In this document: one piece after another, positions 18,307-28,228 of the stretch
Position numbering within the stretch: the first letter of the stretch is position 1
How the letters are laid out: the number at the start of each line of letters is the position of its first letter
Sequence record: SRR22947725_508
Direction: 5' to 3' (one strand)
Length of the DNA: 51,469 nt
Translations under genes and position numbers: made by a program
Notes under the pieces: generated by a model
What the model saw: the letters and a program-made list of their open reading frames with translations, nothing else
Databases searched by the model: none
Told to the model about the DNA's origin: nothing

Positions 18307-19728
18307 ATGAGGTATTATTCTTTAGCAATTCTATTAATACTAGCTCTGAGTTCTTGTGCTAGTAGAGCAGCAATTGAACCTGAAGGAGTAGTAGATAATA
18401 TTCCAGAAAATTGGAGCATAGAAACTCCTATCGCAATTAACATATCTGAAATATGGTGGAATGAATTCCAAGATGAAAAACTAAATAAATTTTTATCACA
18501 ATTTTTAGCTGAAAATATTAATCTTGACCAAGCAATGCTCAACACAAGAATTGCCAAACAAGCTTCAGTGATATCAAGCTCCAACCTTTTTCCATCTATT
18601 GGGATTAGTGCAGGCGCATCAGAGTCTGAACAAAATTCGGCAGGATTTCCTCCCATATTTGCTACTCTCCTTGGTACTCAAAGCGATGAGATTGCTACAT
18701 TCAATCAAGAGAATTATAATTTATCTTTAAGTACGCAGTGGGAAATTGACTTGTGGGGTAAAATGAGACAAGGTAGGGTTGCAGGAAAACAGCAATATTT
18801 AGCTGCAAAATATAACTATACATACTATCAATTTTCACTTACATCAGAAGCCACTAAGTTATATTTCTCAATTATTGAAGCAAAGCAGTTAACAGCAAAT
18901 GCTGAAAAGAAATATGATAATGCAAAAATTATTTTTGATTTATATACTAGTCGATATAATAAAGGAGTTATTTCATTGAAGGCTCTGCAACAATCTGAAC
19001 TAATGCTGAACCTTACAAAGAGTGATTTAGAAAATAAAAAAAGTATCTCTAAAGCTCTAATTCGTGAAGCTAGAGTATTAATTAAAGAATATCCTAATCT
19101 AGAACTAGAGACTGCTAAAGATTTTCCAAAAACAATTCCCAACTTACCCTACTTACTTCCAGCTGATATTGTAAAGAGGCGTCCAGATTTAATAGCATCA
19201 CAATATAATTTATTAGCATCAAAAGCACTTAATAAGCAAGCCCTTCGATCACTTTACCCTTCTTTTAGCTTGGTTGGATCGGCTGGAGCGTCTAGTAATA
19301 TTCAAGACTTATTGAATGATGATTTTAGCGTTTGGAGCAAAGGAATTAACTTGTTTGCTCCAATTTTTAATGCGGGAAAACTAGTAGCTAATAAAAAAAT
19401 TGCAAAAAATAATAAAGAGATTGCCATGTTAGAGTTTGTAAATAACTTATTAAATGCTTACAAAGAAGTAGAATCAGGACTAGAGCTTGATAGGAGCGCG
19501 CAATTATCTTTAAATCTATTGAAAGATAATATCATACTATCTGAATCAATTTATAGTACTACTTTTGATGAATTTGAAAAAGGTATTTCAAGCATAGAAG
19601 ATGTTATTAATGCAAATAATGCACTTTTTGATAATAAAAACATGCTTGCTACAACAGAAAGAATTCGGATTGAACAAAGAATAAACTTAATATTGGCACT
19701 TGGAGGAGGGTTTACTTACAAACAATGA
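18307..19728 (+). CDS. RND efflux outer-membrane factor (NodT/OprM-type lipoprotein)
   Basis: Lipobox LSSC; WW.EF.D..L, WEIDLWGK, RRPDL, PIFNAG, LALGGG. Confidence 0.9.
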   Translation: MRYYSLAILLILALSSCASRAAIEPEGVVDNIPENWSIETPIAINISEIWWNEFQDEKLNKFLSQFLAENINLDQAMLNTRIAKQASVISSSNLFPSIGISAGASESEQNSAGFPPIFATLLGTQSDEIATFNQENYNLSLSTQWEIDLWGKMRQGRVAGKQQYLAAKYNYTYYQFSLTSEATKLYFSIIEAKQLTANAEKKYDNAKIIFDLYTSRYNKGVISLKALQQSELMLNLTKSDLENKKSISKALIREARVLIKEYPNLELETAKDFPKTIPNLPYLLPADIVKRRPDLIASQYNLLASKALNKQALRSLYPSFSLVGSAGASSNIQDLLNDDFSVWSKGINLFAPIFNAGKLVANKKIAKNNKEIAMLEFVNNLLNAYKEVESGLELDRSAQLSLNLLKDNIILSESIYSTTFDEFEKGISSIEDVINANNALFDNKNMLATTERIRIEQRINLILALGGGFTYKQ

Positions 19729-20867
19729 TTAAATATTTAAGACCATTAATAATTATAGGTATTTCTACAGTTATTGCAGCCGCACTATACATGTTAGGCC
19801 AAATATCTCCTGATCCTATTCAAGAGAAAGATCCTATGGATGTCAATGTCCAAATTTTGACACCTATTGACTATCAAATAAAAATAAAATCAACTGGTAC
19901 TACAACCCCTATCACGCAAACAGTCTTAACCTCTGAAGTAGGTGGAGAGGTTATTTATCGTTCTAAGAAATTTTCAGAAGGATCTTCTGTTATTAGTGGA
20001 GAAATTTTAGCCAAAATCGATGACACTGATTTACAGCTTCAGTATAAAAATGCACTACTTCAATTAGCAAGTGCAGAAGTGCAATTTGCAGTTCAAAAGG
20101 CGGAAGCAGAAATAGCTCAAGAAGCTTGGGACCAAGTTGGCGAAGGAATTCCTCAAGAACTAACAACTAAAAAACCTCAGTTAAAACAAGCAAAAGCAGC
20201 ATTAGATGTTGCAAAAGCTCAAGTGCAATCAGCAGAAAAAAAACTAAATAAAACAGAAATTACTGCTCCATATACAGGGCGTATACAAAATATAAACATT
20301 GATTTAGGTTCCACTATTATCCCTGGCCAGCCAGTAGGATCAATGTATACTTCGAATGAAATTGAAGTTACTCTTTCTGTGAAAGATAGTGATTTGCAAT
20401 TTTTAGATATACCAATGGACGGCAGGAAATTAAACCCTGATCAAAAGTCTATTGTAATCATTAAATCTCTATATAAAGGTGAAATGCAAGAATGGGCTGG
20501 TAATTTAGAGCGTGTTGATGGTGTTATTGATCCAATGACCCGAATGATTAAGTTAATTGCAAATTTCAAAAATAATTTTATTGAAGAAACAAAGCCTATA
20601 TTGCCAATTGGTTTATTTGTAGAAGCAGAAATCAACGGAAAACAGTTGGAAGATGTTTTTATGATACCAAATTCTGCATTAACTCCCAATGGCGAACTCT
20701 TGTTTTTAAATCAAGATGATGCTTTAGAGATAAGAAAAGTAAGGGTCCTTACTAAAATGAAAAATCATATTTTAGTAAAAGAAGGAATGAAAGCAGGTGA
20801 AAGGGTGGTTGTATCCAAACTAAGCATTGCAACTAATGGAATGCTAGTCAACCCACGATATCAGTAA
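19725..20867 (+). CDS. RND efflux periplasmic adaptor (MFP)
   Basis: N-terminal anchor, SEVGG.V, hairpin coiled coil, TEI.APY.G, GLFVEAEI; ATGA overlap with the OMF gene. Confidence 0.9.
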   Translation: MIKYLRPLIIIGISTVIAAALYMLGQISPDPIQEKDPMDVNVQILTPIDYQIKIKSTGTTTPITQTVLTSEVGGEVIYRSKKFSEGSSVISGEILAKIDDTDLQLQYKNALLQLASAEVQFAVQKAEAEIAQEAWDQVGEGIPQELTTKKPQLKQAKAALDVAKAQVQSAEKKLNKTEITAPYTGRIQNINIDLGSTIIPGQPVGSMYTSNEIEVTLSVKDSDLQFLDIPMDGRKLNPDQKSIVIIKSLYKGEMQEWAGNLERVDGVIDPMTRMIKLIANFKNNFIEETKPILPIGLFVEAEINGKQLEDVFMIPNSALTPNGELLFLNQDDALEIRKVRVLTKMKNHILVKEGMKAGERVVVSKLSIATNGMLVNPRYQ

Positions 20868-23800
20868 TGAGAGGCATAGTTACTTGGTTCGTTAAGAATA
20901 GTGTCCCTGCGAACCTATTTATGTTTTTTTTAATTTTTGGCGGATTCTTTGTGTCTTATCCAACAATGAAGTCTGAGTTCTTTCCTATTCCAGATCTTTC
21001 AACTATTACAATTAGCGTTCCTTATCCTGGAGCATCTGCAAAAGAAGTAGAGTCTTCAATTTCCTCAAAAATAGAAGATAGACTTCAAGGTATTTCTAAT
21101 ATTAAAAAATTAAGATCATACTCACTTGAGGGTGCTGGACTAATTACTATACAAGTTTTTGATAGTGGTGAAATTGATACCACTCTTGATGATGTGAAAA
21201 CAATCATGGATGGTATAAGCACATTCCCACAAAACAGTGAGGCTCCTGTAATTAGTAAGCTGGAACCTACCGAAAAAGTTCTAGATGTCATTGTTTATGG
21301 AGATGTTGATGAGCGGGTATTATTAAATATTACTAAAGAAGTAAATAAAGAAATGAAAGAGCTGAGCGAAGTTTCGTTTACAGAAATTAACGGAGATAGA
21401 GATAAAGAAATTACCATAGAGGTGTCTGAAAAAAATCTTGAAAAGTACAATCTGAGCTTTGATCAAATAACTATGGCAATTAATGCAGGCTCAATTGACT
21501 TGCCAGGTGGATTATTATCAAGTAAAAGTGGTGATCTCTTAATTCGAACGGTTGGACAGTCTTATAATGCTAATGAATATGAAAATATCGTCATTAAAGG
21601 TCAGCCTGATGGCAGTCAATTACTGCTAAAAGACATAGCTACTATTACGGATGGCTTTATTGATGTAGAAAGTTATTATAGATGGGATGGCGTCCAAGCA
21701 ATGTTTATTAGTGCAAATTTAGTTGGTGATCAAGATGTACTTTTAGCTGCTGAGCAATTAAGAAAATATGTTAAGAGTAAGCAGTCAGATATGCCTCCAA
21801 ATGTGAGTATTGATTATTGGTATGATCAAGCGCGCTATCTCCAAGATCGTATTAATTTATTATATAGAAATTTTGCTATTGGAATAGTTTTAGTACTACT
21901 TCTTTTAACAATGTTTTTGAGGCCATCTGTAGCATTCTGGGTATCAATGGGTATTCCAATCTCTTTTGGGGGGGCATTAATTATACTTCCACTAATTGGT
22001 GTTACCGTAAATATTTTATCCGCATTCATGTTTATTGTTGTTTTAGGTATTGTAGTTGATGATGCCATCATTGTGGGAGAAAATGTTTTTAGGAGGCGTG
22101 TTAAACTTAAAGAAAATAATATGGATTCAACTATTAAAGGTACGATGGAAGTATTAATTCCTGTCTTTTTTGGAGTATTAACGACAATTGTTGTGTTTGC
22201 ACCTATGCTTGATCTAGCTGGACAAACTGGCGATATTTGGAAAGTATTTCCATTAACTGCTATTCCTATTTTAGTATTCTCACTTATAGAGTCTACTACA
22301 ATTTTACCTGCACACTTGTACCATGCGGGTGAATGGTTTCAGACAAGTTTTGTAGGCTTTGGTAAAAAATTAAAGGCAGTCAGAAATTATTGCTCAGAAA
22401 GACTTTATTTATTTGTAGATAATTTTTGGGTTCCACTTGTTAAAAAATCTATTATCAATCGATATGTCACTATTTCAATTTTTATAGGAATGATGATTAT
22501 GACTCTTTCTTTGCTTGCTGGAGGATTAGTAAAATGGCAATTCTTTCCTGTTCTAGAATCTGAAGAAGTTGGGATTGTATTCGAATTACCAGAGGGCTCT
22601 CCAATAGAGAAAACGCAAGCTATTACTGAAATTATTGAAAGCGAAGCTCTCAAACTTAAAGAAGAATTAAATACAACTGAGCCAGAAATAATTATTTCTC
22701 ATGTCTTAACAACTGTTGGGAAGCATTACTTTGCAAATGCTGAAGCTCAAAGTAGTCCAAGTGGAGGTAATGTCACATCTTCATCAACACCACATCTTGG
22801 TGAGGTTGTTGTAGTCCTAACTCCTGCTGATAGTAGATGGGGATTAACTGGTGCATACGATGTTATTGATAAACTTCGTTCACGTATTGGGACTATAGCA
22901 GGTGTAGAGCGACTGAATTACAGTGCTAATATTTTTACTGCTGGTAAATCAATTCACTTTGAGTTTTCAGGAGAAAGTTTTGAAAAATTGAATCAAGTTG
23001 TTGCTGATACACGAGTATTACTTTCTAGTTTTGCAGGTGTCTATGATTTAGCAGATACTGACACCAAAGGTAAAAATGAATTACAAATTGAACTATTACC
23101 TTCTGCCGAAGTGTATGGCATTACTGCTATGGATATTGCGCGTCAGGTAAGGCAAGCATTCTTTGGTGAAGAGGTACAGCGCATTCAGAGAGCGGATGAT
23201 GATATTAAGGTTATGTTAAAGCTTCCTAAAGATGAGCGCGATAGCCTTGTAACACTAGAAAACATGAGAATACGAACTCCTCAAGGAATTAAGGTTCCAC
23301 TCTATGCTGTTGCAAATGTTAAAGAAGTTGAAGGAAAAGCGACGATTGTTCGTGTGGATGGAAAGCGTGTTATCGAAGTAACGTCCGATGTTGATGTTTC
23401 TAAAAATACCTCTTCCATGATCTTACAAACAATTGTATGGCCCGGCGGTCCATTTGAAGGACAACCAATGGGCAAACTTAAAAAGGTTATGGATAAAACT
23501 CCTGGAGTAGATTTTGCGCTAGCAGGAGAGCCAGCTGAACAAAGTGAACAGCTTGATGATATATTATTAAAATTTAGTATAGCAATTTTTGTTATTTATG
23601 TACTGCTTGCGATTCCACTTAAATCATATTTTAAACCATTGATTGTACTATCAGCAATTCCATTTGGTGTAGTAGGTGCAATTCTTGGACACTTACTATT
23701 TAATCAGCCAATGTCCGTGTTATCTCTACTTGGTGTGATTGCACTATCTGGAGTGGTAGTAAATGACAGTCTTCTTTTAGTTGTATTTGTAAATAGAGCT

Positions 23801-24076
23801 AAAGAAAAAGGTGTGAAAACTAGAAAAGCTGTCCTAGATGCAGTCCGAACAAGATTCAGACCGGTTGTACTAACTTCGATGACAACCTTCTTAGGTATTG
23901 TTCCATTATTATTAAATCAAAGTACGCAGGTATTATTTTTAAAGCCTATGGCTATCTCACTTGGGGTTGGAATATTATTTGCAACAAGTATCATACTACT
24001 ACTTGTTCCTGTTGCTTATGTGATTATTGATGACCTTATTCTGCTTTTAGAAAGACTGTTTAAGAAGGCCAATTAA
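20867..24076 (+). CDS. RND efflux permease (AcrB/AcrD/AcrF family)
   Basis: 1069 aa; YPGAS..EVE, GIVVDDAIIVGEN, GVVVNDS, RFRPVVLTS.TT. Confidence 0.93.
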   Translation: MRGIVTWFVKNSVPANLFMFFLIFGGFFVSYPTMKSEFFPIPDLSTITISVPYPGASAKEVESSISSKIEDRLQGISNIKKLRSYSLEGAGLITIQVFDSGEIDTTLDDVKTIMDGISTFPQNSEAPVISKLEPTEKVLDVIVYGDVDERVLLNITKEVNKEMKELSEVSFTEINGDRDKEITIEVSEKNLEKYNLSFDQITMAINAGSIDLPGGLLSSKSGDLLIRTVGQSYNANEYENIVIKGQPDGSQLLLKDIATITDGFIDVESYYRWDGVQAMFISANLVGDQDVLLAAEQLRKYVKSKQSDMPPNVSIDYWYDQARYLQDRINLLYRNFAIGIVLVLLLLTMFLRPSVAFWVSMGIPISFGGALIILPLIGVTVNILSAFMFIVVLGIVVDDAIIVGENVFRRRVKLKENNMDSTIKGTMEVLIPVFFGVLTTIVVFAPMLDLAGQTGDIWKVFPLTAIPILVFSLIESTTILPAHLYHAGEWFQTSFVGFGKKLKAVRNYCSERLYLFVDNFWVPLVKKSIINRYVTISIFIGMMIMTLSLLAGGLVKWQFFPVLESEEVGIVFELPEGSPIEKTQAITEIIESEALKLKEELNTTEPEIIISHVLTTVGKHYFANAEAQSSPSGGNVTSSSTPHLGEVVVVLTPADSRWGLTGAYDVIDKLRSRIGTIAGVERLNYSANIFTAGKSIHFEFSGESFEKLNQVVADTRVLLSSFAGVYDLADTDTKGKNELQIELLPSAEVYGITAMDIARQVRQAFFGEEVQRIQRADDDIKVMLKLPKDERDSLVTLENMRIRTPQGIKVPLYAVANVKEVEGKATIVRVDGKRVIEVTSDVDVSKNTSSMILQTIVWPGGPFEGQPMGKLKKVMDKTPGVDFALAGEPAEQSEQLDDILLKFSIAIFVIYVLLAIPLKSYFKPLIVLSAIPFGVVGAILGHLLFNQPMSVLSLLGVIALSGVVVNDSLLLVVFVNRAKEKGVKTRKAVLDAVRTRFRPVVLTSMTTFLGIVPLLLNQSTQVLFLKPMAISLGVGILFATSIILLLVPVAYVIIDDLILLLERLFKKAN

Positions 24077-24081
24077 AATAA

Positions 24082-24714
24082 TTATGCTTCAAATTGTGCA
24101 TAGCTAGGATAACCAGATCTAGCAGGATCTTCGTAGTCAATCTTGATAATTGCTTTCTTTAATATTCTTTTTAAAACAATTAAACGATCGTTTTCTGACT
24201 GACTTTTTAAAAGAATTTTCTTTGCTCTTTTATCAATGTCTAACATTGAGGCAATTTCAAAAGAGCTTTTTGGCATATTAATCTGCGGAATCTTAGATGA
24301 TGCTCCTAACTTCAATAATACCTCATATAGAAAAATATTAGCTTCTTGTAACAATGTCTGGTCAATTGTATCATCAATATCGTTCCATGTTTTTACATAT
24401 GCTTGCTTGTAAGGTTTAGAAGTATTGTAACTCTTGACAATAAATCTTTCTACACCAGACACTAGGATATCGTATTCCCTACTATCATTTTCGCCACCGA
24501 CTAATTGTTCTATAGAAGCTGTACATCCAATCACTAAAGAATCGCTATTTTTTGAATTAATAATACCAAATTTTTGGTTGTTTTTTAGACAATATTCAAT
24601 CATTTTTTTATACTTTTCTTCAAAGATATGTAAAGGCAGTTTTTCGCCTGGAAGGAGTACTAAAGGTAGTGGAAAAATTGGAATTTTATCATTCATTCTA
24701 CTATCAAAATACAT
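24082..24714 (-). CDS. Stand-alone LON peptidase N-terminal (substrate-binding) domain protein
   Basis: IPIFPLPLVLLPGEKLPLHIFEEKY, FGI, IGC.A.I, G..RF. The start may be 24696. Confidence 0.85.
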   Translation of the reverse strand: MYFDSRMNDKIPIFPLPLVLLPGEKLPLHIFEEKYKKMIEYCLKNNQKFGIINSKNSDSLVIGCTASIEQLVGGENDSREYDILVSGVERFIVKSYNTSKPYKQAYVKTWNDIDDTIDQTLLQEANIFLYEVLLKLGASSKIPQINMPKSSFEIASMLDIDKRAKKILLKSQSENDRLIVLKRILKKAIIKIDYEDPARSGYPSYAQFEA

Positions 24715-24744
24715 ATAGTTTTATTAATATTCACTAGCAATCTT

Positions 24745-25041
24745 ATGAAAAAAGATATTATAGATCACTTAGCACTTTGTACTGATGATATTGCTAAATC
24801 AGTAGCATGGTATTCAGATAATTTTACATGCCATGTACTCTATCAAGATGATTCTTGGGCAATGCTTGAATTTGAAAATGTTAAGTTAGCATTGGTACTT
24901 CCTGACCAACATCCTTTCCACTTTGCAATATTAAAAGATGATGTTGAGAGCTATGGAGAACCTGCTACTCACCGAGATGGATCAGTGTCTGTTTATATTA
25001 AAGATCGCTCAGGCAATAATATTGAAATTCTCAGATACTAA
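24745..25041 (+). CDS. VOC/glyoxalase-family protein
   Basis: DHLAL..DDI..S..WY, HFAI, Y.KD.SGN.IE metal-ligand pattern. Confidence 0.8.
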   Translation: MKKDIIDHLALCTDDIAKSVAWYSDNFTCHVLYQDDSWAMLEFENVKLALVLPDQHPFHFAILKDDVESYGEPATHRDGSVSVYIKDRSGNNIEILRY

Positions 25042-25119
25042 TCGTTTGCTACTAGATTTTTTCTGTTATAAAATTCGCTAGCCTACGAGTTAGGTTTAAC
25101 AAAAAAAGGGGAGATTAAA

Positions 25120-25563
25120 ATGTTCAAAAAAATATTCGCAATAACATCAATCTTAATTCTAGTTGCATGTGGAGGTGGATCTTCCGCCGAAGCTACTGTA
25201 GTTAATATTGGTTCTTTAGGCGCAGAAATGAAATTTGATGTAGAAGAGTTCACCGTTAAAAGCGGCTCTAAAGTAAAGGTTGTTATGAAAAACAATACTC
25301 CATCTGACTTTATGGGAGCAATGCTTCACAATGTTGTAATCCTAAAAGATGAGTCAGCTGCTCCAATGATAATTCAATTAGCTGAAGGTAATGGCGGAGA
25401 ACCATATGCTGATGGAAGAATTTTAGCAATGACACCATTAGCTGATAAACAAGAAGAAACATTTATTGAATTCACAGCACCTTCAAAGCCAGGTAGGTAT
25501 TTATATGTTTGTACATATATTGCCCATGCAGGATCAATGCGCGGCTATATGATTGTTGAATAA
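25120..25563 (+). CDS. Azurin/auracyanin-like type-1 copper lipoprotein
   Basis: Lipobox LVAC; MKFD...F.VK.G, HNVVI and CTYIAHAGSM supply the His/Cys/His/Met ligands; strong GGGGAG SD. Confidence 0.85.
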   Translation: MFKKIFAITSILILVACGGGSSAEATVVNIGSLGAEMKFDVEEFTVKSGSKVKVVMKNNTPSDFMGAMLHNVVILKDESAAPMIIQLAEGNGGEPYADGRILAMTPLADKQEETFIEFTAPSKPGRYLYVCTYIAHAGSMRGYMIVE

Positions 25564-25586
25564 TGTTAATAAATTAGATACTCTCT

Positions 25587-25615
25587 TTGACGAATTATAA
25601 ATTTTTATTTATATT
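25587..25615 (+). promoter_or_regulatory. Putative promoter of the FTR1 gene
   Basis: TTGACG-17 bp-TATATT. Confidence 0.6.
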
Positions 25616-25627
25616 ATCAACCTAACA

Positions 25628-25644
25628 TTGAGATTAAATCTCAA
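25628..25644. promoter_or_regulatory. Fur-like operator (8-1-8 inverted repeat)
   Basis: TTGAGATT-A-AATCTCAA between the predicted TSS and the RBS of an iron permease gene. Confidence 0.6.
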
Positions 25645-25655
25645 AAGGGGAAAAT

Positions 25656-26522
25656 ATGAGTGAATTTTTAATTATGTTCAGAGAAGTGCTTGAAGGGGTT
25701 CTAGTAGTAGGAATTCTTTATACATTTATTGTAAAAACTGGAAAGCTGCATCTCAAAAAAAGTATTACTAATGGTATAGTTGCTTCTTTCATTGCTACTG
25801 CAATTTTTGCAGTAATTTTCCAGATAACTTATGGTGGCTTTGAAGGAAAGCAAGCTGCTTTATTTGAAGGAACAACAATGCTTATTGCAGCATTTCTACT
25901 ATCAACAATGATCATTTGGATGGGTAGAAATAAAAATGTTGCAGCTAGTCTTGAAAAAGAAGCTTCCGATATTATTGATCAAGATAAGAATGTTTCACTA
26001 GGTCTTTTTGCTTTAACATTCTTTGCAATATTTAGAGAAGGAGTTGAAGTTGTACTTTTTATGTATGCTATATTAATTCAATCTGACGGTCTTTCAATTG
26101 GGGGATCTATATTAGGTTCGCTTGTAGCATTGATGATTGGATATTCAATATTTATTCAAGGTAAAAAAGTCCCTTTAAAAAAATTCTTCAACGTTACATC
26201 AATTCTGTTAATTTTTGTTTGTGCAGGCCTTGTTGCTTATGGTGTTCATGAATTTGAGGAAGCATTTTACACTAAAGATGAAATGAAAAAAATGGAAATA
26301 TGGAATATTAATGATAGTGGCCCTGTTTTTGGATTTAATATTGATGATAATGGAAGTCCAAAACCATTGTTTAGCGATAAAGGAGCTGTAGGTCAGTTAT
26401 TTAAAGGATTTTTTGGATATAACGGCAATCCAACGACTACAGAAATTCTGAGTTGGCTGTTCACACTTATATTAGTATCATTTATGTGGAGAAAAGCTGG
26501 TCAGCCTGTAAAAATAGATTAA
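25656..26522 (+). CDS. FTR1/EfeU-family high-affinity iron permease
   Basis: Two REXXE motifs (REVLE, REGVE), GVHEFEE, about 7 TM segments. Confidence 0.92.
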   Translation: MSEFLIMFREVLEGVLVVGILYTFIVKTGKLHLKKSITNGIVASFIATAIFAVIFQITYGGFEGKQAALFEGTTMLIAAFLLSTMIIWMGRNKNVAASLEKEASDIIDQDKNVSLGLFALTFFAIFREGVEVVLFMYAILIQSDGLSIGGSILGSLVALMIGYSIFIQGKKVPLKKFFNVTSILLIFVCAGLVAYGVHEFEEAFYTKDEMKKMEIWNINDSGPVFGFNIDDNGSPKPLFSDKGAVGQLFKGFFGYNGNPTTTEILSWLFTLILVSFMWRKAGQPVKID

Positions 26523-26550
26523 TTTTGTAAAATAATAAAAGGAAAAAATT

Positions 26551-26919
26551 ATGGATGATAAAACACAAATTGAAAATATGGTTCAACTTTACGTTGATAG
26601 CATGGATGAATCTAATCCAGAGAAAGTAAAACAAGCATTCCATAGAAACGCAAAAGTTGTTGGCTATCTTCACGGAGAATTTATGGAGATGTCAGTAGGC
26701 GATTTTGCTGGTTTTGTAGAATCTCAAAAACCTTCACCAAAAGAAAAGGGTGAAAATGTGGTTTATGAAATACTTTCGTGCGATATACAAGGTGCAACTG
26801 CAGCAATAAAAGTTAGGGATAAATATTTAGGTATAACCTTTTTAGACACTTTGTCTTTTATAAAGGTTGAGAATGAATGGAAAATCTATAATAAGCTATT
26901 TCATGTTGAGAGCGAATAA
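26551..26919 (+). CDS. NTF2/SnoaL-like fold protein (putative lumazine-binding family)
   Basis: Y.D......V..AFH..A, I.G..A..KV, F.D.LS.IK....WKI.NK.F. Confidence 0.75.
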   Translation: MDDKTQIENMVQLYVDSMDESNPEKVKQAFHRNAKVVGYLHGEFMEMSVGDFAGFVESQKPSPKEKGENVVYEILSCDIQGATAAIKVRDKYLGITFLDTLSFIKVENEWKIYNKLFHVESE

Positions 26920-26943
26920 AAAAAAGTAGAATTACTATTCTAT

Positions 26944-27579
26944 TTAAATATTTTTTAAAATATCTTTTAGCTCCGAGATAATCATTGCCGTAGCTCCCCA
27001 ACAAACACAGTTTAAGAAATGATAAGCGGGTACATTTATATTCATTCCTTCTTTAGAAATTGGTGTTATTGATAAAACTTCCTCAGAAAGAAGTTCATTG
27101 ATACTGACCTCATACACCTCTTCGACTTCATTTTGATTCTTTACTATTTTTGGATATTGATCAGAGAACCAAATATAAGCATGAATATTAAAATGTGATA
27201 CAGGGGTATACAATGTTGAGAGCTTCCCAACTAAACGTAACGATGCAATATCTATTCCAATCTCTTCATTTGACTCTCTTAATGAAGCATTTTCTGGCGT
27301 CTCACCTAAATCAATTCCACCACCGGGTAATGAAATTTGTCCTTTATGATGTTCAACATTTGATGTTCGTTTTGTTAGTAAAAAAGAAAGATTTCCATCT
27401 TTTTCAAACAATATAATAGCAACGCTGGCCTGCTTAGCATCTACTGGTGCTATAAAAGCTTTAGCTGTGATATCGTTGATAGGAATGACAGCCATTTTTT
27501 TTTGACTATCCCATCCAGGTAGCAAAGAATCTTCATTAAGTCTTTCCTTTAATAATGCAATTTTTTTCTCTAGTTTCAT
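26944..27579 (-). CDS. NUDIX CoA pyrophosphatase (NudL/NUDT7-8-like)
   Basis: LTKR.....H.GQISLPGG, Nudix box A.LRESNEEIG, WGATA. Start moved to 27579 (MKLEKK) because the 27711 extension overlaps the divergent HAD gene. Confidence 0.88.
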   Translation of the reverse strand: MKLEKKIALLKERLNEDSLLPGWDSQKKMAVIPINDITAKAFIAPVDAKQASVAIILFEKDGNLSFLLTKRTSNVEHHKGQISLPGGGIDLGETPENASLRESNEEIGIDIASLRLVGKLSTLYTPVSHFNIHAYIWFSDQYPKIVKNQNEVEEVYEVSINELLSEEVLSITPISKEGMNINVPAYHFLNCVCWGATAMIISELKDILKNI

Positions 27580-27583
27580 GACC

Positions 27584-28228
27584 ATGAAATATAAGCACAT
27601 AATATGGGATTGGAATGGAACTTTGTTGAATGATACTTCCTTATGTACCCAAATTTTAAATGACTCCTTAAGAAGGCGTGATATCCCTGAAATCACAGTT
27701 AAGCAGTACAAAGAGAAGTTTTTATTTCCGATTAAAACATTCTATGAATCGATAGGGTTTGATTTTGATAAAGAGCCTTTTGATAATTCTAACAATGAAT
27801 TTAATACAGGCTTTGCAGACCAATTTAAATCTCTGGCATTACAGCCATTTGCAAAAGATACAATTATTAAATTTTCTGAACAAAAAATTATACAAACTAT
27901 TCTCTCTGCTAGTCGTGATGACAGATTAAAAGAGCAGGTAGCTTTCTTTGATCTAACACAGCACCTACAACATGTCGTTGGTACATCTAATTTATATGCT
28001 CATGGAAAAGAATTTGAAGGAGAAGAATTACTTTTAACTTTAGACATTCCGGCAGAAGAAACAATTATTATTGGCGACACTTTGCTGGATTTTAATGTCG
28101 CTCAATATCTTAAAATTGATTGTGCATTAGTATCACATGGTCACAATGATATGAAACGATTACATGAAACTGGAGCATTTACTTTTTCAGATATTCAAGA
28201 ATTTTATAACTGGATTATAACAACTTAA
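27584..28228 (+). CDS. HAD-superfamily hydrolase (phosphoglycolate phosphatase-like)
   Basis: IIWDWNGTL motif I, ILSAS, K, IGDTLLD, GH. Confidence 0.88.
   Translation: MKYKHIIWDWNGTLLNDTSLCTQILNDSLRRRDIPEITVKQYKEKFLFPIKTFYESIGFDFDKEPFDNSNNEFNTGFADQFKSLALQPFAKDTIIKFSEQKIIQTILSASRDDRLKEQVAFFDLTQHLQHVVGTSNLYAHGKEFEGEELLLTLDIPAEETIIIGDTLLDFNVAQYLKIDCALVSHGHNDMKRLHETGAFTFSDIQEFYNWIITT

Noticed and set aside
25081-25095. Riboswitch or copper operator before the cupredoxin (GCCTA-cgagt-TAGGT followed by an A-run)
   Set aside because: Only a 5-bp stem, with no match to preQ1, CsoR or CueR patterns that I can support.
26924-26945. Bidirectional terminator between the NTF2-like and Nudix genes
   Set aside because: The stem AAGTAGAAT/ATTCTATTT is almost all A-U and too weak to call.
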